Positions 39,495 to 51,830 of a stretch of DNA of 64,000 nt are shown here, piece by piece (positions within the stretch are counted from its first letter, which is position 1; the number at the start of each line of letters is the position of its first letter). The stretch is taken from positions 584,883 through 648,882 of the forward strand of contig NW_003314361.1 in the NCBI RefSeq assembly GCF_000143415.4, in the 5' to 3' direction. The notes beneath the pieces were generated by a model. It ran no database searches, was not told where the DNA came from, and saw only the letters and a list, made by a program, of their open reading frames with translations. Source of the stretch: Selaginella moellendorffii. Its lineage: Eukaryota; Plantae; Lycopodiophyta. The position numbers and the translations under genes are program-made.

Positions 39495-42400
39495 CTAAAA
39501 ACACTTCTCAAGCTCCGCAACTGTAAGGCTTGCCTGGTGGATGTGATGGTCAATCTTAGGATCTTGGTTTAGTTCCTGCATAAAAATGTAATAGATGTGC
39601 TTGCAGGCTAAATATACCTTTCCCCTGGTCTCCCGCTGTGTAAAATCTGGATAGGTACAGGACGGATTTTCGCAAATTTTAACAGTGTAGCTCGTACCCT
39701 TTGATGACTCAGTCACAATAATAAACTCCTTAGCCATAGCACTGATGTAGTTTGTCTTTGTGATTGTGCACTTTAGCTCTTTTGCCAACTTGATCTTCTC
39801 TTGTGCACCTTTCGAAATGGAAGACCTGTATTGTATAGCCTTCCCATTCCTAGCTGGTCGTGTATGCCGGTCTAGTGTTGATATTGGTGGCATAGCAGTA
39901 CTAACAGCAACATTTGAGGAAGTCTTTAGCTTGAAACCTGCTCTCTCCAGACTTTCAATCTCTTCTTTCAAAAGATTGCAGCTTCGCTCAACTGGCCACT
40001 CCTCTGGCACAGAATCTGGCTTCAAAATAATTGAGTTGTGGATCCGGCTTGTATGAGTAACATCAGTCCCACAACAGTAAATCCAGCTTGACTGGCGGCC
40101 CTTCACTCCTAGATCTCGACAGCCCCAGAAACATGGCACTGCTGAAGAACTTGAACCTGAGCGCACAAAAGCGAGACACTGACCTCGACTCCCAATCATT
40201 CCAGAGCAACGTGCATTGCTCTTGGCACTGACTTTTCGAATTGCCCAGTTGATACGAGAAACTGGCTCACGAGAAATAACCTTTTCAACCTTTGGCACTG
40301 GACTTACTTGTGTAACAACTGGCACCTCCTCCACTCCATGTTCCTTAGTTCTTTTTCGGTGTCGTGGAACAGAATGATAGTCAAACTCTGGACGGTGAGA
40401 GCTAGAAGGAGTGATGTTTGACCCATCAAATGTCTGTCGACGCTTCATACGGGGTGTTCTCATGTCCCCAAGTGGCTCATAACTTGATTTCATAGGAGTT
40501 CCAGCAACAACTTCCTCCACCATCTTAGACATTGACCCTGCTGCTGGTGTTGTCCTTCTACCAACCCGCTCTTGAAGCCTGTCTAAGTTCGGACCTGTAC
40601 CAGCAAACCTTGCTTCCTGTGCAGCCAAAGCTTTTGATGACTGCTCAAGAGATCTAGTGAGGTCGGAGAGTGTAGCTTCATAGAGGGACACTTTTCCTTT
40701 CCCTGCTTCGGAAGCTCTCCAACTCCAATGTTTGCTCTCAGAGAGATTAATTGTTGGTGTAAGTGCAATATCATCAAGTGGTTGATCCTACAAAAAATGC
40801 AACATTTGAATGTGACAAGAAAGAAAATGAGAGAAAGCTTACATGGAGAGTATAATGACCCCACTGAAACATTCGAACTTCCCACCATGCAAGCCAGCAT
40901 TCCATTTGTGGAAGGTTTTCAATTGGCACTTTGTCTCCTTCACGCCACCATATGCGCATTTCATTTGCCTTTGCCTCGTGCTCCTCTTTAGTTGGTGCAT
41001 CCATCCATTTCCGACAAAGCTGCTTGAACTCGTGATGGAAGGTAGACTTGATGCATCGGCAATGTTCATTGACGCTCTTTGCCCAATGAAACTCACAACT
41101 CTTCTCTCTACCTTGTAATGGCTGACTTTTATCACCTCCGAATACTTGTCGTACAGCCAACCAGTTAGCACCAGCTGCATCTGCCATGAAACCACGGAAG
41201 TTGGGTTTCTTCCTGGTTCGCTGTTCAACAACCTCGGACATACATGTCCAAAAGATGGTTTGTGCTTGAAAATCTTGAACCTTGAATTCGGCTATAGCTA
41301 TAGTCAAATTGCACTGCAACCTATAAAAGGAATGGTTATAATGTAAATTGGTATAGATCCTTAAAAAATGAAAAGCCACTTACTTGTGATCATAAACATG
41401 AGCTCCCATTGTTGACCAGCCTGAAACTCGTTCCATATGGTCAAAATGGATCCAGGAATTAGCTAAATCCCCATCTCCATCCATATCCATTCGTTGTACA
41501 AGGTCCACACCAGAAGCAGGACCAAGGGTAGACATCTTAAAGATGAAAGGGCGTTGATTGTTCGAAGTCACTTGGCCAACGAATAAGCTCCCATGAATAA
41601 ACTCATAGGGACATTTTCTCTTTAGCTCCAAAATCCCATCCAATCCAGATTGAAGCTTTCCATCTCGCCCTTCTCGCATCCAGTTCTTTATTCTACAAAA
41701 AAAAAGAGTGTTATTAGTGATAAAGTAGAGTTAAGTGTTAATTTTATACCTGTTTAAATTTGTCATAGGTTCTATATTTCGAAGTAGGTCCTTCAAGCTA
41801 TTCTCCGTGAACTCTTTTTTGCTATTAGATTGTAACAACATGTCCACCACATAGTCCTTTAGTATAGACTGTTGAACACACTTTGGAGTTGCTGCACTTT
41901 TCTTCCTAGCCTCTGTAGTAACAGCAGTCTTCAAATTGCGAAAAGAATCATGGCGGATTCCTTCCTCAATTGCGTGTTGGTGGTATCCAATATGCACTGC
42001 TGCTCTGCCTAAACATCCATCCCGTGGAAGAAAATAATACATTTTCGCATCGCAACATGCTTGACACACAAGTGTTGCCCCGCATTTGCGACATCTAAAT
42101 CCTGTAGCAACTTCATCACGCCTAGGGGGATTGATCGCTGAGCCTTCAAAGAAACACATATTCTTGCCATGATCAGAAATGCATTTCTCAGCGACACACT
42201 GAAGCTGTCCACCGCAATGGACTATGGACACAGATCCATCGAAATGAGAGAAGTGGGTTGTCTTTACTCTGCACCAATTATGTGGATCAAGACGTGTTTC
42301 CATACCCTTTTTCCTACTTGACGAACTTGCTGGTGGAAACTCGAAGAATATATTCCCATTATAGGAAGAAGGAAGCTCCTCACCTCTCATGTACTGGAAC

Positions 42401-42858
42401 TCCTTCAATTCCAACCGTAATGATTGAGATTGCCGAAATGCCTTATCCACCACTTCAAAAACTGGTCCAGAAGGAACACACCTACTTGTCTGGGAAGCTA
42501 TGTCAGGAAGCTCATCTTCTTCATTTTCGTCACTGGAGAGAATAATAACTTCATCCTTCACTCTTTGCACAGTTGGCTGTGAAACTGATGCGCTCTCCTC
42601 TCCTCGCTTCGGAGATCCTGTAACTAGAATCTCTTGACCTGTACATCTATCAAGATCCCATTGAATCCCATTCTCTCCCACACCACTGTCGAGAAGAATG
42701 GATTTTTCTATCTGATTACCCTTATCACGACATACATTCTCCAAACTAACTGATCCTGGCTTCAGCTTGAATCTTCTGCAGAGGAAGGTCTCTCCTATAA
42801 CACTCCTAGAGAAAACAATTGGAGGCTCTTGATCGAACTTCAAATAGAATTCTCTCAT
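39495..42858 (-). CDS. MULE transposase, 4 exons: Cys/His-rich WRKY/GCM-like domain, DDE core, SWIM finger
   Basis: WIHFDH (D1), FMADAAGANW (D2), CEFHW (CxxH), PTINLSESKH (E); SWIM SCTYPDF...CKHIYY with the second Cys read as Tyr. Confidence 0.85.
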
Positions 42859-43427
42859 ATCTTCTCCTTGCTCGAGCACTTAGAAAAAATTTTGGGGAGA
42901 AACTGACAAGAAAGAACAAAGATATTCTTCTGTATTGTGAGCATTAATTAGCTATGTCCTTGCAAAGGACAAGTTAATTATTTTAACAAAATATACAACC
43001 GTTTAGAATCTAGAGAGATATGAGAATCTTAAAGAGCCGCCCATATTAATTGTATAATTGATTGTGAGAGGAATAATAATGTTGAAATGAATGTGGTTAN
43101 NNNNNNNNNNNNNNNNNNNNNNNNNNNNNNNNNNNNNNNNNNNNNNNNNNNNNNNNNNNNNNNNNNNNNNNNNNNNNNNNNNNNNNNNNNNNNNNNNNNA
43201 ATCAATCACAAAAGTTGTAGCATTGATTTTTTGTTCTCCCTCTCATCTCCATGCTCTCTTCCCTTCAAGAGAGTTTCATTCTTTTGTGACAAGTGAGAGA
43301 GACTCAAGCTCGAAAAGGTTGGTTCGTGCGCGGTTTTTTCGCGCGCTTGAGCAGGGAAGGGCGAGAGAAAGGCGCTTCAATCAAGAAATGTGCTTCAAGA
43401 CGCTCCTCAAACAAGGTATGCTTCCTT

Positions 43428-43970
43428 GAGAAGGTCGGTTTGCGTGCGAACCGACGTCTCCTCACTTTCTTTCTTCCATTAGAAGTTTCTATTTTCTCAA
43501 CTTTTGTTTTCTCTTGAGGGATAGAGATGTCGGTTCTTGTGCGAACCGACATCTCCTAGCATTCTATTTCATTTTCTATTTAGCTTTTTGCCCATCTCTA
43601 CCTCGTGTTTTTTTTTTTTTCCTTGTTGAAGGGGTGGGTGTGAACCGACATCTCCACCTTCATTTTTTCTAAAAGCAAGCTTTCTTGATTTTTTTCATGT
43701 TTCTAGTGGTGAGATTTCTATATTTTAGAAAATAGAGAGAGATTGAAATGTCGGTTCTTGTGCGAACCAACATCTTCAAGGTTTTTTTTTTTAATTTCAT
43801 TGACTTGATGGGGGCATTTCATGTGAAAATTAGAGGGTGGAAGATGTCGGTTCTTGCGCGAACCGACCTCTCCCGAATTTTTGTTGTGTTTTTCCTTTTT
43901 CTTGAGAGGTAGGGTGAGGTCAGTTCTTGAGAGGTAGGGTGAGGTCAGTTCTTGCGCGAACCAACCTCTC
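43428..43970. repeat. Cluster of ~6 hairpin palindromes GATGTCGGTTC-TTGYGC-GAACCGACATC
   Basis: Copies near 43428, 43524, 43640 (half), 43748, 43841, 43941. Confidence 0.9.
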
Positions 43971-44114
43971 CCAGTGACTTATGTTTTTTTCCTTTGCATT
44001 TCTTGAAGTTTACAATCTATTTTTCACATCTTTTACTTACAAACTTTTCTTGTGAGAGCAGATATAAATCAAGCTTGACTGCTTGAAACTTCCAATAAGG
44101 GACTTGAACTTCAA

Positions 44115-47100
44115 ATGCCACAAGTTTGCTTTACATTACAAGTTAGATGTTTTAATAGTTTTGTTTTTTATTTTAGAGGAAGCGCCGAGGCCAACCTCAA
44201 TGGTCTCGATCTCCAGGAAAAGGCAGCCGCCTTGATCGCTGTGGGCTTGGCCGATTGAGTGGAGATTCATCTCAAGTATCCAATGAAGTTTCGGCTAGTC
44301 ATGCTGGAGGCAACGATGAGTATAACAATGATGTGGATGTTGAGATGAACACTCAAATCGATGTTGGTGTTAGTGAGGCTGTTGGTACTGGTGCTCTTGA
44401 GGCTACGGGTACTGGTGGTGGGGTACTTGCATCTGATGTTGGCGGTGGTGGGGGTGCTATGCCTTCGGTTGCTGAGGCTGCTCGCGGCCAAGTCAATGAA
44501 CCAGCTGAGGACGTTATTGGTAGCGTTGTAGGTGGATCTACTACAGAGGCTACTGGGGGCATGGTAGCTGCTCCTACTGCTCCTCAGGCTGGTGGTGCAG
44601 GGGGAGCTAATGGTGGTGAGGGATTATGCATGCATGATTCTGACACCATCTTGAATGATCGTGTTCGGGACACAATTATCCAAGCTCAAGAACGGACAGT
44701 CAGTAAAGTGTTACAGGAAATGGCGTGGAATGGCCCTCATCGATTTCTAGTTCCTTTGTGCCGATTGGTTCAAAGCCATTGGGTGCGCTCAGCTTACAAC
44801 CTCAACATGGCTATCTACAGCTCCTTTGCCGAGGTCGGGTTTGGGAGCACAGCTGGTACCTTCATCGTTTCACCAACTTTCCCTGGAACCGGCCGGACAG
44901 AGTCAGTGACTACTGAACTTGAGGAAAAATGGGATCCTATATGGCTGCGAAAGTCTCCTGAGTTTGATGGATTCTTAGGACAACATGTGGAGACAGTAGG
45001 GTTCATTGGAAAGCTCTTTTGGGTGATCGATGGAAACCATAGGTGGCTGGCATTTTGGAAGTGCATTCAAAAGAAGTTTCGAGATGACGAAGAACGACAC
45101 ATTAGTGTTCCAGTCACACTTGTCGAACCAATGACTCGGGAGCATACTGTGAAGCTCAACATGGCATGCCATAAGATCAACATGTAAGAATTTATTTTTT
45201 GTAAACTTAGCTAATATCATGTTTTTGCAGGCTAAACCAATTTGCGTTTCAAGCTCATACATTGGTACATGACATTGAGCACCTTCGGTTTATGGGCATG
45301 CTCTCGCTAGAGGAGGTCCAAACGTTGTACAATCGTGAGGTATTTGAAGCAATTCGAGTGAAGCTAGCAGCTAGGAAAGGCCAAGAATTGCAGACTTGGT
45401 ACCAACTACCACTTGATTTTCTAATTGCTGTCTGGGCGAAGGTAAATTATTATTGAAGTATGTATCAACTTACATAATGTTTCTTGCAGCCCATAATCAA
45501 AGGAGAAAGAGCGTCATTCTTTAAAAATGCCCGAGGGGACGAGCAGCAGAAGGAGATGGAGTGGCATGCGATTGAGCAGCGAATTTTGAATACGAAGAGA
45601 ACAAAGGTGAAAAAATTTCTCTCGATTGCAGACATACGACATGGGCAGGAATGGCTTGATAGCATTGCCGAGATTTGTTCTCGCGTTCGTAAGTTCTTAT
45701 AAAATTTGTGAAACATTTCATAACTCTTTGTGTGTGTAGGAACTGGTAAAGCACCGGAGGAACTCATTTACAACATCTCTAAGAGTAATATATCCTTTGC
45801 TGAACAAAGTGTCTGCTTGGAACTTCTCAACACTTGGCTACGAAATAACGAAAAACGCTGCGAGATAAGGATGGAGAAGGTGATGAAGGAGAAGGCGTAC
45901 ATTTCTCAGAGTATTGCCACTGGTGAGGAGATGCTACAAGTCTGGGATGAGAAGTTTCTTTCCAGCACCCGCACAGGTATCACTCTCGAAGAATATATTC
46001 GTGCTTGTCTTGCGGAGCTAGGGAATTGTCAACCGTATATACGGTCGTATTTTCATACTTGAGGTTGTTTTTGTGAGTACTGACGTATTTCTAAGCTAGA
46101 AGAAGGTGAAAATTGAAGAAGCTCGCTGAAGAAGCTTTCTATGAATATTTCGTTTAGAGAGAGAAAAAGTGATGGATTTCAGAAGTGAGAATTTGAAGAA
46201 GTTGTTTTCTAGAAAGTTGAAGATCTGATCAAGGGCAGTTCTTTGGTGGTAAAATCAAGTCGATCGGAGTTGTGGATGAAGAGTTATTAGCTGGGAAAGT
46301 TTCAGCCATTGGTTGGTGTTTAAGTTTTTGGGAGTTTGAATTTAGGTAGGGCCATTCAGTTATTTTACAGTTCTTGTTTTCTCTCGGGTTCTGGAGTTCT
46401 CTTTGCTCGAAGATGGTGAGACCTCCTATAGGCCGTCGAGATCCCGTCGCCGATCGCGTCACCAACAACATGCGGATAAGGCGTGCGATCGAGGAGCTGA
46501 GAATTCAAGAGGAGCAGCAAATTCCAACTACTTGTCCAACCTGTGGTCAAGTGTGGTACCGTTACCTATGCGTGATCATAGAGGAGTTATTGCAGGCCCA
46601 GCGCACTCAGTATGAGTGATTTGTAGTTACTGCTGAAATATAAGCCCTAGGGGAGTCTTTCCTGTCTTTCTTGGTTGTCGTGTATTTTTCCCCACAGGAA
46701 TGGTTGGCTTCCACGTGGCGGGACGAGCTCGGCTGAGTTCAAGAACCAACCAGGACAACTATTTCTTGCGAGGCGCATGGTTTACAAGTATTTTTTCAAT
46801 TCTCATTTATATATTGGTATTTATATTTTTGTTTTACTTTGTAGATATTTAAAATATAGCCCCGGCGCACCGGTATACACAACCGGTGTTTTGCAGAAGC
46901 TCTTGACTAGAGGCAAGAAGCTTGGGATGTATGAGCCAGAGTTCTACTGTCCTTGTACACATGAGAGGGAGCTATGCTCGTGGTACCTTGAACTCGTGGA
47001 GCAAATGCCAACATCGGACTTCGAGCTAGATCTCTACCTTGAATGTCATCCAGGTTCACTTGAAACTCAGCACTTAGCTAGGAAATATTAACCTTGAGTT

Positions 47101-48647
47101 ATATTCTTATTTTCCAGAGGCTCTTTCTGACTGTGATAACGACGTTGTTGAAGTTCAACAACTAAACCTAGGAGTCAGCACTCAGGAAACCATTCAGGAG
47201 ATGCCAAATCCAAATACCGTTGAACCAGAGGAAACTGTACAAGAAATTCCAGCACAAGAGATTCCAGTACCTGCTCCTCGCAACCCCCGAAGGGGCCGTC
47301 ATGAAGCCTTTCATGAGAGTAAGGACTTTGATTTGGAACATTCTTTTATTCATTCTTGACTTCACTTTTTTTTTTATAGATGTTGCAGAGAGCAGCCATC
47401 AGTCTTTTCGGCGGACTAAAACATTCTTCCCATCCCTCCCTACGGCTACAGATGACGACCTAGAAGAGCTCTCCTCTGCAACGATGCATAAATAGGTTAG
47501 TAAGCATGAATTTTATCTTCAACTTTTAGTTCTAATAATTGATTTTCAGGTTCGCCCTCTATCCCCAACGGCCAGTGTTGGGGAAGTTGCTATTCTCATT
47601 GGGGATTACACACAGCTTTTAGATGCTACTAGTCGGGAGCTCTACATGCTTGATCGGTGGATCCATGGTTTGGGTCAGCTCACACCTTATGGGAAGATCG
47701 ATTTCATCTTTTTTGATCTTCCCGATGGGATGGCACCACCGCAGGGGGATACTCCGTCATGGAATGTGTTGCAGGCCCAACACATTTCCCAAGCCTTAAA
47801 GGTTGCGAGCAGCTTCATGACATACGAGGGTGTGGTTGTCATGATCCTTCCTCGCTCTCTAATGTGGGAAGGCCTTCTCGCACACTTGGCTGACAACGAT
47901 GATGGATTTGTTGAGTTTTCATCTGGCTGCCTTCTTTCAAGTATGGCGGTGGACATAAAAGGCACTAGCAGGCAAACGCGAAAGGTGTGTGACTTCTTTA
48001 TTTATAAATTAACTCTATTCTATTTTTTTTTCCAGATTTATTCCTGGAACTACCATGCTCTATGCCACATTGGGAACCGGCGTAATGCCACACGAGCTGA
48101 CGAGTGTGCTGCTCTTGCTTTACCAGGATATGACAGCTCTACAGACATCATCCCAAATGTGATTGACTCGGACGTTCTTCACCCAGCGTTCCCTGGTTAT
48201 CGACATCGTTCGGTCACGGCCATGCAAATCTTGTTGGAGTTATTTTGTCCGCCAAAGGGGATTGTGCTTGATGCTACAGCAGGATTTGGATCAATGGTGC
48301 AGGCAGCAAAAGAGACAAGCCGAGCGGTTTTTGCACTTGAGAAGGAGGGTGCCTTTGAGGACATTCTTAGGAGATTTTGCGACAGGTGATGTTAGTGCTT
48401 GAAATAATCTATAATATTTATTCTCAAATGTTTCTATTTTATTAGGTCTACACTTATCACACACAGTGTTTCAGTCCACACACTTGATCTTGATGATATG
48501 AATGATCATATGGACCGAAGTCAATTCCACTTACCTATTTATGCTGAACGTATGGCACAACATTACATATAACACGAGCCTATAGTGAAGGAGCATTCCA
48601 CTATACCCATTTCTACTTTTCTGGATATGGAAGCAGAAGAAGATTGA
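44115..48647 (+). CDS. MULE cargo gene: ParB/Srx-like domain + beta-class N4C/N6A DNA methyltransferase-like domain; multi-exon, about 2 premature stops
   Basis: FWVIDGNHRWLA (GxxRxxA); ILIGDYTQLL, KIDFIFFDLPDG (motif IV position), LLELFCPPKGIVLDATAGFGSMVQAAKETSRAVFALEKE (motif I after IV = beta order); stops at 47493 and about 48570. Confidence 0.78.
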
Positions 48648-48921
48648 ATATATTCTGATTTTAATATAAATTATATTGTTTAATATATTATTTTCATTTT
48701 TTGTAGACTAAAAGATTAGTTCATGTCGAACCAATAATCTACATGAGCTTATGGAATACCTTAAACACCTAGATTTTATGTTAAAAATTCTTGGTTCGAG
48801 ACGAACTAAGGTAGTGCCATTAAACTTTCGCTAGTTAGGGGATTGTATTGACTTCCTTTAACTTTCGTTGACTTTCATTGACTTGAGCTTAGCTCAAAAA
48901 CTACCCAGCCCCCTGTTTTGC

Positions 48922-51830
48922 CTTTGAAGAAGTGTCTCCTGCAAGGAATGGCATGAGACCACACGCCATTGCAAATATAATTTGTACCTCCTTTTTTCCT
49001 ATTGCTTGTCTATTTGTCCTTCTTCGACGCGCCACCAGTGCGTTTTTCAGTCCTCGTGTCTGAATATTCACAACGATCTATAATCAAAATGGCGTGAGGC
49101 CTCACGTGACCTTACCTTGTGCAGGTTGTGAGCTCGGCCCAACATGGGTATCTTCAACAGTAGCTGTTAACGCCGTTTCAGCATCTGGGGGTGGCCACGC
49201 TCTTGTATACAGAGCTTGTGAGATAACATTTAAACTTAAAGTGTGTACTCACCAGGTTCGTAGAGAAGATACTGTTTTTCTTTGGCAACTGTAATTATAT
49301 GCTCCATTGAAGTCACCTCTTCAATGGAGTTTGTCACCGCAACACACGGGACACCCTTGAGTAGTGCGGCTCGAAAGAATAGTCCGCCGCAGTTGTACTC
49401 GACAATGCATTTGCCCTTGGAGTCGGAAGCAGGTGACCCACCCGCTATTGCATTGAAGACCCAGCTGAGCATTTCCCATGCTGCACCTGGAGCTTTCTCT
49501 GGATTCAAAAGCTCCATAGCTGTCTTCAGTTCCTCAGGCACGGGTAAATTGACCTCCTTCAGATCAATTCGATCGGCCTTATCGAATGAAGCTGGGAAGT
49601 CACTCCAGTCCCACTCTGCTGCAGGACTAATAACAAGGGCGAGTGTGAAGATGCGGACATTCGTCGGTATCTTCTTCTTAGCCATTATCCCATGGATCTC
49701 CTGCATCTCCTTGCCTTTCAACCGAGCCTTCACCTCGTTCAAGGCCTTCCAGAACTTGTGATAGGATTCGGAGTCGTAGATCATATAGTGGACTGAAGAT
49801 TCCACCTCCGCAAGTCCCACCATTAAGTCAATGATGGAGCTGACTTCGTCTGCATGAGTGATCTCCTCGTTTGTGAAGTCCATCACACAAAAGATGTTCT
49901 TGACCTGCTCATCTCCGCGGGAAACGATGCTCCTCCACCTTTGATCCTCATCCGAATTCACGTATACCCGGTAAGGTTCTCGATAGGCCTCTGCTGCGGG
50001 GTCGAGCTGTTTCTGAAGCCGGCGGTCGACATCCCTCTTAATGAAATTTGGATACTGATCCAACTTCTCAACTTTACTTTTCGTGGCATCCCGCAGCAGA
50101 TCGATGAGCTTGGGGGCCCCCTTCACGTACTCGTCGATGTCTTCATTTGACAACTCCAGCTCTTCCATCATCTCTTGCGTGGTGTCGATGCTCACCCTCT
50201 CCACGGCCACTTGCTCGAAGATCCAATCCTTCAATAGCGCACGAGCTCTCAGAGTCGTGCACAAGTCCTTGTATGTCACAATATGGCCGGGAGTCATTTT
50301 AGTCTTGTTGAAGACTACCTCACCACATAGAAGACCATTAGCCACTGTCAGAAGGTCGTCGTCGTCTAGAGACCGCGAGAAACGCAAGGCGTTGAGCTTC
50401 AAATCATTGGGCTTCCGGCCGTCCTCCACACCCATTGAGTTTAGCAACTCCCCATCATGGTACCTCCTCAGCACATCTACCCATTTGTCAAAAACAACTT
50501 TTGTCGCGAGTAGAATGTTATGGATGCTGAGTGTGTCATTGACCCCCAGTGTTTTCGAGAGAAGACTCGAGAATTCCTGCAATGGAAATGGCGTGAGGCC
50601 ACATGCTATGCCACATGCAACGAGGCTTACCTGCCAGGTGCTAGTTGCTAGTGCACGTCCTTGTCCTAGTTTTTGTGGCTTCTTCAGTTGAACCCAGAGC
50701 TTCCGTGTTCGTGCCAATGTCTCGTGCAGACCCGATTTGTAGCACGTTTCTTGCTTAACATTCTGCGCGTGGGAAATGTATATGATAGATCGGAGGGGCG
50801 AGTTGCCTTTTATCAGGCGGACAACTCTTGTCTTGAAGACTTTCTTCACCTCCTTGCCCACCATAATATCCACAACTATCTCTTGCATCGCCAAGCTAGA
50901 ATGCTGCCCGGAGACGGCATAGAACCGGATGTTCTGATCGTCCAACACCTTCCTATTGATCAAGTTTGGAAACCTCGTCTCGCCCTTCATTGTTTGGTAG
51001 TAGGGAATCACATCTGCGATGTCGGGTGTTACTGGACTTGCCAGCATCTTCTGCTTCAGTTTCTCCACCCACTCATCAAATACTAGCCTGTGGTTGTATT
51101 TGCTTTGGATGTCGATACGGCTCACGTCGATTGTATATACTTTGTTGGAATAGTAACAAGTACTATTATCTGCGACGATTTTTGCTGCCTCTTCTTGCTC
51201 TTTCTGCTCTTTGCGGCTCTTCTTTTTGGTGGGTGTAGTGTTCGAACCCGAGGCAATGGCATCACCGAGTAGCTTCTTTTTTGGAGCAGGAGAGTCGGAC
51301 GTCGGCTTGAGCTTGACCACCCTTTTCTGCTTGGGGGTAGTTTCCAGATCGACCCCCTTCCCCTTCGCTTCGCGAACTGGAGGCACTCTCAACAGCTCAA
51401 TGTTGGAATATAGTTTTTGAACATCGCCGTAGGTGAGGTCCGTGGATTCCATGTGATCTTCATAGACCCGCAGCGTCTTTGAAATTGTGGGCCTCCTGGA
51501 CAACCTCTCCCTAGCTCCCTCTAGGAATTCCTCATAGCCGCTGCCCCCCTCCGGGAAGCCGCTAGGATGTGCAAGGTGGATCTTGAAGGCGGACGCTGTC
51601 TTTACCACAAGTGCCAGTCCATATTCTTGCATGGAACTGTATGGAGTGTCTGTCACTTGGATGAGGATCCCCATGCATTCTTTTCTCCCACCATCTGTGT
51701 TGTACAGCCTCAGATCCTCGCCTTCCATCCCGAAAGTCCAACTGGTGAGCTCCTCCCCCTTCTCTGCATCCACATTGACAGTGGCTGGAAGAAGAACACA
51801 ATTCCTCGCCTGTTCAGAAATGCACAACAA
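48922..51830 (-). CDS. 5' part of the host-element cargo gene: ParB-like domain + degenerate methyltransferase-like fold
   Basis: IDVSRIDIQSKYNHRLVFDEWVEKLKQKM (Box I-like), FYAVSGQHSSLA (Box II-like), CIVEYNCGGLFFRAALLKGVPCVAV (motif I-like); in-frame 54-nt intron near 50577-50630; start codon uncertain. Confidence 0.6.

Larger units (their letters stand above)
39294..48912 (-). mobile_element. Mutator-like DNA transposon (MULE), ~9.6 kb including a 100-N gap
   Basis: TSD CTGTTTTGC at 39285-39293 and 48913-48921; TIRs GAGCCCGGGTAGGTTTTGAGCT and (reverse complement) GGGGCTGGGTAGTTTTTGAGCT. Confidence 0.93.

Noticed and set aside
43003-43429. ORFs spanning the N run
   Set aside because: Artefacts of the assembly gap at 43100-43199
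43428-43970. CRISPR-like array of palindromic repeats
   Set aside because: Irregular spacing, degenerate repeats, low-complexity spacers, no cas genes, eukaryotic context
44115-51830. Bacterial or phage contamination as the source of the ParB/MTase genes
   Set aside because: The genes have short GT-AG introns and sit within a TIR/TSD-bounded eukaryotic transposon nest
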